A stretch of DNA of 40,794 nucleotides, from assembly GCA_964478465.1 (NCBI GenBank), contig CAYZIG010000001.1:1-40794 (forward strand). Direction: 5' to 3'. This document shows positions 17,122 through 24,823 of the stretch, piece after piece. Below the pieces are notes generated by a model that saw nothing but the letters and a program-made list of their open reading frames with translations, ran no database searches and had not been told where the DNA came from. The translations under genes and the position numbers were made by a program. The number at the start of each line of letters is the position of its first letter. The first letter of the stretch is position 1. This DNA is from an uncultured Candidatus Saccharibacteria bacterium. GTDB taxonomy: Bacteria > Patescibacteriota > Minisyncoccia > Phycocordibacterales > CAIZLB01.

Positions 17122-17565
17122 TTATATTTTTAAATCAATTGAAGAGCTTACTGATAAACTACCTCTTATTGTTATTTCTGCAATCCACACATCATGTTCT
17201 TTTTCTTCGCTTATATATACTACATCAATATCATCTATATCTCCAAAAGCTGATTGTACAGAAACATTTCCAAGCATTTCATTAATCACTACACTTTCAA
17301 CCGTTTCTATCCAGTTTAAATATCCTGAACTATCATCATCTAATATTTTGGGACTTGTATAAGTTACTAATATTTCAAAATCTCTTCTTCTAGGAATCCC
17401 TTGATTAGATGCCATTAAAAGCCGTCTATGCCGTATAGGTGAAATAGTTACGAAAGTTGTAGTAAAAGCATTAGTATAAGTTTCTTCGCTTCCTATAATG
17501 TCACACAGCCAAGATTTAGATATATAAAAACTTCTCATAGCATTACAAAGCGTTTTCATTGCCAT
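17122..17565 (-). CDS. Head-tail joining / tail completion protein candidate
   Basis: 147-aa ORF between the capsid and tail-tube genes. The call rests on position only. Confidence 0.4.
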   Translation of the reverse strand: MAMKTLCNAMRSFYISKSWLCDIIGSEETYTNAFTTTFVTISPIRHRRLLMASNQGIPRRRDFEILVTYTSPKILDDDSSGYLNWIETVESVVINEMLGNVSVQSAFGDIDDIDVVYISEEKEHDVWIAEITIRGSLSVSSSIDLKI

Positions 17566-17978
17566 ATACCCCTATCAAGTGTATTTTCATATATTCTCAT
17601 TCCTCTTGTTATAATATTACCTGTAGGTGTTGCGTTTGTACCACCCGAACCTTCTATTCTTTCTTTTAATCCTTTTAAAGCCCTATCATACAAAATGAAT
17701 TGTTCTGCCGCTATCGCCTCGGCTTTCATTCTTGCGTAAATCATATAATTGATATAGTAACCTTTTATAGTCGTCCAGTCTGCGTCACTTATTTGTGTCC
17801 AGTTCTCACGTTTAATTTGAAAAGATACGTCGCCTTCGCAATCTGCATTATATTTTGTAACTAACGAAGCTAAATCAACCTCAGCGGAAACAAGTCCGTA
17901 TATCCCAAGTCCTTTATAAATTTTGTGTATCTCAGCATCAAGAAATAAATCTGACACTGCTAAATTTGGTATTGCCAT
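17556..17978 (-). CDS. Head-tail connector candidate
   Basis: 140-aa ORF, the first gene after the major capsid protein. The call rests on position only. Confidence 0.4.
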   Translation of the reverse strand: MAIPNLAVSDLFLDAEIHKIYKGLGIYGLVSAEVDLASLVTKYNADCEGDVSFQIKRENWTQISDADWTTIKGYYINYMIYARMKAEAIAAEQFILYDRALKGLKERIEGSGGTNATPTGNIITRGMRIYENTLDRGIWQ

Positions 17979-17997
17979 TTTATCACCTTCTTAAGTA

Positions 17998-18019
17998 GAG
18001 GGCGTTTTTATCCGCCCTC
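17998..18019 (-). terminator. GC-rich stem-loop right after the capsid gene (attenuator or mRNA-stabilising hairpin)
   Basis: The stem GAGGCG-type GAGGGCG...CGCCCTC (7 bp) lies immediately after the capsid TAA. On the minus strand it is followed by an RBS and the next ATG rather than a U-tract, so it is at most a partial terminator. Confidence 0.35.
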
Positions 18020-18025
18020 AGTTTT

Positions 18026-19054
18026 TTAAGCCATTGTTATTTCGTAAGTTTGGATAGAAACAGGGTCAACCACTATTGCAAAAGCTCCTGTTTTTACGAA
18101 GAGTAAAGCATCAGGATTTAAGTCTGTACCCTCTTGTATTCCTGTGTAATAATCCCCTAAATATGTATCGGGATATTTTGTAGTAGGATTTTTTACATCT
18201 ATCGCTCCATATCCTATTTTTAATTGTGCCGTGTCTATACATTTTATTACGTTACCAGGTATGATTGTTACTCCGTTCTGGTCAAATGTGTATGGCATCT
18301 GTTCAAGATTTTTTCCCATGAACGTCCCTATTACCATTGCCTTGTCATTTGCTGACATTGCCGCAATGTTATTCATACCTAATGACAACATAGTCGCCTG
18401 TAATGATGTATCTTGCAACATTTTGTCAACTATTGTTTCACCTATTAGGAAGTTAGTCATTTTCTTTCTGTTTTTCTTCGTATAGTCAAAATCTATATCT
18501 TTTACGAGTTTTAAAAATCCCGTTGTAGCATTGTAAGTTTTTGCCACTGGTGCAGGCAATCCGAAATCCCATTGCGAAGTACCGTCTGCAAAAGGAACTA
18601 TTCCGTTATTTATCAATTTTTCACACATTATTTCTAATGCTGAATCTATTGCATCTTTGATATACCCGTATTTTTCCTCTGCTATTACCTGAGCGGTTGG
18701 GATTGCTTGACCATTTATAAAGAATACGTTATTACTGTCCGCTTGCATCTGTGTTATCTCGTCTGCTGTTAAGCTTTCAGAAGCGAAAATTATTCCCGGT
18801 TCTATTTCAACCTTTCTGAAATGTGTACCATTAAGAGTTTTTTCTATTCTTTCCCCTCTTTTTATCAAGTCAGCCGCTTTTGCTTTATCTACTCTATATC
18901 TCCATTCTATTTTTCTTGCTCTCGTTGACATTAACGGAGCCGTTTTCTTGAAAAGGTCGAGAAAAGGCGTTAATGTTACAGGTTTTGAAGCTACCAATAT
19001 TCCATAGTTTACTTTTACCTGTTCAGGTAGTTGATTCAGTGTTATTACTGCCAT
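18026..19054 (-). CDS. Major capsid protein (lambda E-like)
   Basis: 342 aa. It is preceded by a decoration-type gene and a protease/scaffold gene, as in lambda C/Nu3-D-E. Its length and termini resemble the lambda E family (recalled). Confidence 0.75.
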   Translation of the reverse strand: MAVITLNQLPEQVKVNYGILVASKPVTLTPFLDLFKKTAPLMSTRARKIEWRYRVDKAKAADLIKRGERIEKTLNGTHFRKVEIEPGIIFASESLTADEITQMQADSNNVFFINGQAIPTAQVIAEEKYGYIKDAIDSALEIMCEKLINNGIVPFADGTSQWDFGLPAPVAKTYNATTGFLKLVKDIDFDYTKKNRKKMTNFLIGETIVDKMLQDTSLQATMLSLGMNNIAAMSANDKAMVIGTFMGKNLEQMPYTFDQNGVTIIPGNVIKCIDTAQLKIGYGAIDVKNPTTKYPDTYLGDYYTGIQEGTDLNPDALLFVKTGAFAIVVDPVSIQTYEITMA

Positions 19055-19057
19055 TTA

Positions 19058-20125
19058 TTAATACCCTCCTCTAAAATTATATCCTTCTTCAAGGTCTACA
19101 ATTATTATTTTATTATCAAACAAGTTGATTATTGCTGTGTAGTCGGATGCCGTAACTGGGTCTGCTACTGTCCATGTTAATGAACCTGTATCAGTCATAT
19201 ATCCCGCTAATAGTTCTGCTGATGTGAAATCTCTATACGCAACCACCCCTCCAACTGTTCTGTATGCTCTAAGTCCTGTCGCTCCTGATGGTAATACCCC
19301 CGCAACTTTGATTGTTCTACTTACCGCAACCCCTGCAACTGTTGTTGGTGTTGCGAATAATCCTGTTGTATCTGATAATATCGTCACTGATGAACTTGCT
19401 CCTGTTGTATCTGATGCAATTTTTATCTTTGCTCCGTCTGAACTTGTAGGAGTATATCCTGCCCCATCCAAAGCTGTTACCAATGCCGCATGATTTGCTA
19501 ATGCCCCTGCTCCTGAATAATCAAGATTGAAAGTAGCAGAATGTGTCACTCCGTCAACTGTGAATATAACTGTTTTTGGAGTTACTGAACAATCCCCGAG
19601 TACTGCATTAACTGCCGCAATATTTGCAACCTGCAACCCTTGAACATATCCGGCCGCAACCGCTAAAGTTGTCGCTGAAGTTGAACCTGATGTTGTTGTT
19701 TTTCCGCCTGTATCATTTGTTCCTACTAAAACATAATCGTGTTGAGTAGTCGCCGCAAGCGTTCCACCTGCCTGTACTGTTAAGGTTGGAGCGGATGGCG
19801 TTGCAATTTCGTCTGTAGATGCAATATAGTTTATTCCGATTATTCCGGTACTCTTAACCTCACCCTCGTATATTGCAGATACTTTAACATCTGCCGTAGC
19901 ATCCGCTGTTACTGTGTCAACAATCGCTCTTGCCACCCCTGTTCCATTTGCTCCTCCTGACACATACTTTTTCCATTTTCCTACTGTTGTATCATACGCT
20001 ATAACCTGTCCTCTTAATATCGTTCCTTCGCCTGCCGCAATCACAACCTGTATGACTTCTTTCTCTCCTGCGACGAGTGCATCGCCTTGATTATACTCTG
20101 TTATTGTAACCAAATTTGTTGCCAT
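19058..20125 (-). CDS. Head decoration protein candidate with long Ala/Gly/Thr-rich extension
   Basis: The N-terminus ITEYNQGDALVAGEKEVIQVVIAAGEGTILRGQVIAYD resembles DUF2190 / lambda-D-like decoration proteins. The gene lies directly upstream of the capsid gene. Confidence 0.45.
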   Translation of the reverse strand: MATNLVTITEYNQGDALVAGEKEVIQVVIAAGEGTILRGQVIAYDTTVGKWKKYVSGGANGTGVARAIVDTVTADATADVKVSAIYEGEVKSTGIIGINYIASTDEIATPSAPTLTVQAGGTLAATTQHDYVLVGTNDTGGKTTTSGSTSATTLAVAAGYVQGLQVANIAAVNAVLGDCSVTPKTVIFTVDGVTHSATFNLDYSGAGALANHAALVTALDGAGYTPTSSDGAKIKIASDTTGASSSVTILSDTTGLFATPTTVAGVAVSRTIKVAGVLPSGATGLRAYRTVGGVVAYRDFTSAELLAGYMTDTGSLTWTVADPVTASDYTAIINLFDNKIIIVDLEEGYNFRGGY

Positions 20126-20128
20126 GTG

Positions 20129-21085
20129 TTATTTTACCCCCTGTCTTTTTTTTATAGAATCCATAGTGTTTTTTATAATTTCCTCTGTTTTTTGGATTTC
20201 TGTTTTTTCTTTATTATCTTTTTTACCTTCGAACTCTTCAGTAAGATATTTAAAGTCTTTCATCTTCTCAATCTTTGAAACAATTCTTTCAAATCTTGTT
20301 TGTTTTACTCCTGCTTCAAATTCTTGTATTTCCGTTTCTTCAACTGCTTTTGTAAGAGCATACTCTAAAATCTCAGGTAGTTCACCGACCAATTTTGTCT
20401 TCTGCTCTTTCATAACTGCATCAACTTTTGATTTCTTTGCATCCGCTTCATACTGTTGTATAACTTTATCCTTTGCTGCTAAGTCGTCAATAACTTTCTG
20501 CTGTTCTGGTGTAATTTTTTCTTCGAACTCTCCATAAACTACATTTCTCATCTGTTTCTTTTGATCCGCTGTTACGCTTTGTGCTATTGCTTGCATTAAC
20601 TCAAGTTTATTTTCAAGCGTTAATCCTAGCATAGCTTGTTTTATTTCTTCAATTGTCACTATGTTCCCTCCCTCTTTTATTATTTCATATTCCAGTATTG
20701 TATTATATGCGTTCTTTTCTTCAAACTCGGTCCCTACACATGCAGAGGCAACACCAAGTGGCAAAACACATATATTTATCAAACTATTATTTAACCCATC
20801 TATTTCTGCCGATATTCCTTTAAAAACTCCATCCGATTCATACATTAAACCCTTTTCATTCAATGAAAGCTCTGCAAACACTTCACCGTTTTTTATTTCA
20901 AAGTTTTCCCATTTCCCGATATGGATAGGTTCTTTATTTTCTTTGTCCCAGTGTGAAGTATGAATATATTGTGCATCCGCCTCAGTAACATTTCCAAAGA
21001 TGGTATTTACTTGTGAATCTGTCATATCTTTTCTTGAATCGTTTTTAGACATTTTCTTTGAAAAAACTTTTAATTTTTTACCCAT
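20129..21085 (-). CDS. Head maturation protease / scaffold (Mu gpI-like)
   Basis: It is the first gene behind its own promoter. A globular N-terminal part is followed by a long K/E coiled-coil C-terminus typical of scaffolds. It lies just upstream of the decoration and capsid genes. Confidence 0.5.
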   Translation of the reverse strand: MGKKLKVFSKKMSKNDSRKDMTDSQVNTIFGNVTEADAQYIHTSHWDKENKEPIHIGKWENFEIKNGEVFAELSLNEKGLMYESDGVFKGISAEIDGLNNSLINICVLPLGVASACVGTEFEEKNAYNTILEYEIIKEGGNIVTIEEIKQAMLGLTLENKLELMQAIAQSVTADQKKQMRNVVYGEFEEKITPEQQKVIDDLAAKDKVIQQYEADAKKSKVDAVMKEQKTKLVGELPEILEYALTKAVEETEIQEFEAGVKQTRFERIVSKIEKMKDFKYLTEEFEGKKDNKEKTEIQKTEEIIKNTMDSIKKRQGVK

Positions 21086-21122
21086 TAATCCCCCCTCCTA
21101 AAATTTAAGTATCAATACTTTT

Positions 21123-21151
21123 ATTATACTATATTTTGAATATAAAAACAA
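21123..21151 (-). promoter_or_regulatory. Candidate promoter for the capsid/tail operon
   Basis: On the minus strand: TTGTTT (21151-21146), a 17-nt spacer, then TATAAT (21128-21123). The terS promoter has the same architecture. Confidence 0.5.
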
Positions 21152-21200
21152 TAATATTTAAAATATTTAGTATATAAAATAGTTTGATAATAAAAATATT

Positions 21201-21683
21201 TTATTTAGGATTATATTCTACATCTTTTATTATAACTTTTTCATTATAAAAACCCTCGTGTCTTGCCATCGCTTTACACAATTTTAAGTAATCAACCTCA
21301 AATTTTGGTACAAATTTACGCCCTAAACCTGAGTATTCCTCGATAGCTTTAATATAATCCTCTACATTATTTTCAATTGATGGAGCGTATTTGTTTACTA
21401 TTTCTTCTATTGTTTTGTCTTTATAATGTTTTGAGTTACAAAGTAATTTTTTCATGCAGTTGAAGCCTTCTTCTTCGGTTGCAAAGACTGCGAAACGATT
21501 ATCTTTACCCGCTCTTCCGATTGCTCCAAAAGTTTTTGTGAAATTTCCGTATTCGATATTACCCGGATTATTATTCCTTTTTGCACAAATTCCCTTAACC
21601 GTTATAGCCTTCTTTTCTTCATCATCAAAAAAAATAGTTGTCATACTGCCTTTTTCTCCAAAATGTTCTGCTCTATTCCACAT
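21201..21683 (-). CDS. Candidate endolysin / muralytic protein (NNPGNI-motif family)
   Basis: Carries RNNNPGNIEYG...FAVFATEEEGF...TIEEIVNKYAP. I only vaguely recall this motif family from phage lytic/structural annotations. It lies directly downstream of an XhlA-like membrane protein. Confidence 0.4.
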   Translation of the reverse strand: MWNRAEHFGEKGSMTTIFFDDEEKKAITVKGICAKRNNNPGNIEYGNFTKTFGAIGRAGKDNRFAVFATEEEGFNCMKKLLCNSKHYKDKTIEEIVNKYAPSIENNVEDYIKAIEEYSGLGRKFVPKFEVDYLKLCKAMARHEGFYNEKVIIKDVEYNPK

Positions 21684-21687
21684 TTTA

Positions 21688-21987
21688 TCACTTCCCTTCT
21701 AAAACAGTTTTGATTGCTAATGTTGTTAATGCTCCTACAATCAACAATATTACTGTTTTTGTTATTTCTTTATTGAGCTTTGCAGGTTCTTTGTTCTTTT
21801 CATCAATCTCTTTTTCAATCTTTTTCAATATCTCGAACATGTCATTCATTTTTTGAGAACTTAAGAGAAATTGTTCTCTTAAGTCCCCAAATTTTTCTTT
21901 GAAGTTCTTGAACTCTGTTTCGAGTTCTGAAATTTTATTTTTCAGAAATTCAATTGTTTCTATTTTTTTACATTCGTGTTCTTCCAT
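21688..21987 (-). CDS. XhlA-like lysis-associated membrane protein
   Basis: 99 aa with an N-terminal coiled coil and a single C-terminal TM helix (TVILLIVGALTTLAIKTVL). This is the architecture of PBSX XhlA-type proteins. Confidence 0.5.
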   Translation of the reverse strand: MEEHECKKIETIEFLKNKISELETEFKNFKEKFGDLREQFLLSSQKMNDMFEILKKIEKEIDEKNKEPAKLNKEITKTVILLIVGALTTLAIKTVLEGK

Positions 21988-22607
21988 TATCTATATGTTA
22001 TCTCTACATGATATACGTGGTTATCTATTGCGTTTGTTCCGTCATAATTTCCAACATAGATTTTATTTTCACCTTGATACATAAAACAAGTTAATATTTT
22101 AGAGTTATTTTCATTAAGCCCTATTCCCGCAGAACTTCGAACAGGATTAATTGGAGGTGTTATAGTTAAACTACCCGTTGCGGTTCCTTTATCTGTTATG
22201 GTTATAACTATAGAAAGGTTAATAATATTTCCTACTTTTGTATAATATCCTGTCGCAGAATAAGAAGTTATAGTCCCTGTTCCTGCTGTAACTATAGGAT
22301 TATATGATGTTTCCTCATAATCGTCAAATACATTTATTCCTACATCATCAGATTGACTTGCAGGAAAAGATATTCCCGAACACGTTAAAATACTTGTTGT
22401 TCCTAGTTTTGGAACTTTTAAAGCTTCTCCACTTGTTGTTACTCCGCTTGTCGTTGTTCCAAAACCTAACGCCTCAAAATTTCCTTGTAGGTACGGTCTT
22501 GCCCCTGATACCGTATCTGTTCCGCTGTCAAATCCTGCCGTTCCTACCACTGCAAAACTCATTGTTGATATTAACACTAATATCAATCCTAACATTAATT
22601 TTTTCAT
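21987..22607 (-). CDS. Secreted protein of unknown function
   Basis: The N-terminal signal-peptide-like MKKLMLGLILVLISTMSFAVVG is followed by Gly/Thr/Ser-rich beta-type sequence. Confidence 0.5.
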   Translation of the reverse strand: MKKLMLGLILVLISTMSFAVVGTAGFDSGTDTVSGARPYLQGNFEALGFGTTTSGVTTSGEALKVPKLGTTSILTCSGISFPASQSDDVGINVFDDYEETSYNPIVTAGTGTITSYSATGYYTKVGNIINLSIVITITDKGTATGSLTITPPINPVRSSAGIGLNENNSKILTCFMYQGENKIYVGNYDGTNAIDNHVYHVEITYR

Positions 22608-22620
22608 TTCTGCACTCTCC

Positions 22621-23109
22621 CTATTTTAATTTTATTGAAATAATTGTGCTCAAGTTTGTTGGTGTGAACACAAAGTTTAAATCTATATCACTGCAAATAT
22701 TTTTATTGTAAAACAGTAAAGGCATTACCAAAATATTGTTATTAATTAGAATATTTTTTGTATAATATTCATTAGTTCCAAAGTATATATAATTATCATA
22801 TCCCGAAAACGCCCCTATTCCATAACTTAAATTATCACTTATTTTATTTGTATAAACTATTCCTAAACTGTCTTTTGAATTACTATTATTCATTGTCATT
22901 ATAGTTATATTTTCAAACTTTAATCCTAAAATATAATTGTTGTTATTAACTAATGTATTATTTCCATAGTGTCTTGTGTCGATACCTATAAGCAATTCCG
23001 TTGCATTGCTTTCAATTGCAAAGACGGTGCTTAATATAACTATTATAATCCATGTCATTAACCTCATAATACACCGCCTTTTATTTTTATATGTCGTCCA
23101 TTGATCCAA
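22621..23109 (-). CDS. Small signal-peptide protein with beta-barrel-like alternating pattern (probable start ATG 23067)
   Basis: MRLMTWIIIVILSTVFAIESNA is followed by amphipathic strands (YILGLKFENITIMTM, SLGIVYTNKIS, LSYGIGAFSGY, DIDLNFVFTP). The ATG at 23067 follows AAAGGCGGTG and removes the overlap with the previous ORF. Confidence 0.35.
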   Translation of the reverse strand: MDQWTTYKNKRRCIMRLMTWIIIVILSTVFAIESNATELLIGIDTRHYGNNTLVNNNNYILGLKFENITIMTMNNSNSKDSLGIVYTNKISDNLSYGIGAFSGYDNYIYFGTNEYYTKNILINNNILVMPLLFYNKNICSDIDLNFVFTPTNLSTIISIKLK

Positions 23110-23425
23110 TATATTTTTCTTGTGCTTTCAAAAGTTTATATACTTCATCCATAAAAACTGATTCCACAAAAACTTTTTTATTTTCATTAGTTTTTATTTC
23201 AAAAGTTTTATCATTTAAATAAAATATATTTTCAAAACATTCAGTATTAAAGTCTTTTCTTTCAAGTTCGATTGTCTGAATGTCTAACGGATATTCGCCA
23301 TTTAATCTACTTTCTTTGTTTGCATAACTTTCTACTGTCATTCTAAGATTATTTTCATTTTCTGAAACATAAAAGAATGAAATTTTGTGATAGTTCGTAT
23401 TTTCTAGTTGTTTTATTATTGCCAT
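23087..23425 (-). CDS. Hypothetical protein downstream of the fibre genes
   Basis: 112-aa ORF with no recognisable motif. Its position is compatible with a fibre chaperone. Confidence 0.4.
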   Translation of the reverse strand: MAIIKQLENTNYHKISFFYVSENENNLRMTVESYANKESRLNGEYPLDIQTIELERKDFNTECFENIFYLNDKTFEIKTNENKKVFVESVFMDEVYKLLKAQEKYIGSMDDI

Positions 23426-23434
23426 TTTTACTCC

Positions 23435-24814
23435 TTATTTATAATAAAAAATATATATTCTATTTGCGGTATATCCGCTTCTATCTGCAACAGTTACGGC
23501 TGTTAAATTTGTACTGTCAATTTGCCATGTAACTTGGTTTGCGGCGGTTGTACTATCAAGCCCGAACGGTACAAATTTAGTCCCGTCGTAAGCTGAACCG
23601 TTCATTCTTACAATTTTTGTTCTGTCAAAATTACTTATACCGTGTGCAACATTTTTTGTCGTGTTGTTTGGTATTGCCCCAAAGTTTATAACTTTACAAA
23701 ACACTCTATTACCATCAATATACTCATTCGTTGCAATTTCTGAACCTATTATGTAATTTACTCCATTAACTTCTGAATCCCAGTCTATAGCCCCTGTTGA
23801 AGTTACTCCGATACAAGTAAATTTACCTTTCATTGAAGGGGTAACTGTTTGAACCAACTCCCCTCCTGAACTATTAACAGTTATAACCGCATTAGTAGTA
23901 TTATTTTTTATTTCCCACATTTGACCTGTTGAAAGTGTTGAAGTTACTGGCAAAAGTATAGTTTGAGTTGTTGTTCCTGTAAAAAATTGGTATCTGTTTG
24001 ATATACTTGTAAGTGTAGTTATAGTCGCTGAACATGTTGTAGTCGTATATCCGTTTGTATTTCTTGAAAATATAGTTCCTCCAACTCTCAAGTCTTTTGC
24101 TATTCCTGCTCCTCCACTTGCAATTATAGAACCATCCGAAATTGTCAAACTCTGTGTTGTGGATGTAGCGGTCAAACTTGGTGAACTTATACCGCCATTC
24201 GCTTTTATTCTTAATTGTTCCGTTATCGTTAAACCATTTACATTTTTAAAAACTAAGTCACTTTTATAGTCGTTAGCTCCTGCACTTATTACGTTTGTAC
24301 CTATTGAGTTAGCAAGTAAATGTGTTCCTGCGTTATCTCTAACATTAAATTCTATTGTATGTTCATCTCCACCGCCCGAAGCATAAAAATTATCAAGTGA
24401 TAAAGCTGTATAAGTTCCAGAAGAGGCAGTATTTATTATAGTTTGTTTACCGCCTAAATATAAATCTTTCTTTATGCCTACTCCACCATCAACTATTAAT
24501 GCCCCTGTAGCAATGCTTATAGACTGTGTAGTAGATAATGTCGATATATCCCCTAAACTTGTTATAACTCCTGTAACTCCTACGCCTGCATTGAGTATTA
24601 ATGCCGAACCCGTCAGACTTAACGCCCCCAAGTATCCTTGCCCTATATAACTTGTATTAGTCGCTATCTGTTGAAGCACATCAGCGGCGTTTACCGCTGA
24701 ACCTGTCGAACTAGTCCATTGATAAAACGCCCCTTTTGTCGTTGTAGTGTTTACCGTTCCCGAAAAACTAAGTATTGAAAGTAACGTAAAAATTAATAAT
24801 AGTGTTTTTTTCAT
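23435..24814 (-). CDS. Fibre-like protein, short paralog, with signal-peptide-like N-terminus
   Basis: MKKTLLLIFTLLSILSFSG, then SAVNAADVLQQIATNTSYI and repeated GALIVDGGVGIKKDLYLGG / ASGGAGIAKDLRVGG motifs. These are shared with the 875-aa protein. Confidence 0.55.
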   Translation of the reverse strand: MKKTLLLIFTLLSILSFSGTVNTTTTKGAFYQWTSSTGSAVNAADVLQQIATNTSYIGQGYLGALSLTGSALILNAGVGVTGVITSLGDISTLSTTQSISIATGALIVDGGVGIKKDLYLGGKQTIINTASSGTYTALSLDNFYASGGGDEHTIEFNVRDNAGTHLLANSIGTNVISAGANDYKSDLVFKNVNGLTITEQLRIKANGGISSPSLTATSTTQSLTISDGSIIASGGAGIAKDLRVGGTIFSRNTNGYTTTTCSATITTLTSISNRYQFFTGTTTQTILLPVTSTLSTGQMWEIKNNTTNAVITVNSSGGELVQTVTPSMKGKFTCIGVTSTGAIDWDSEVNGVNYIIGSEIATNEYIDGNRVFCKVINFGAIPNNTTKNVAHGISNFDRTKIVRMNGSAYDGTKFVPFGLDSTTAANQVTWQIDSTNLTAVTVADRSGYTANRIYIFYYK

Positions 24815-24823
24815 TTGTCCCCC

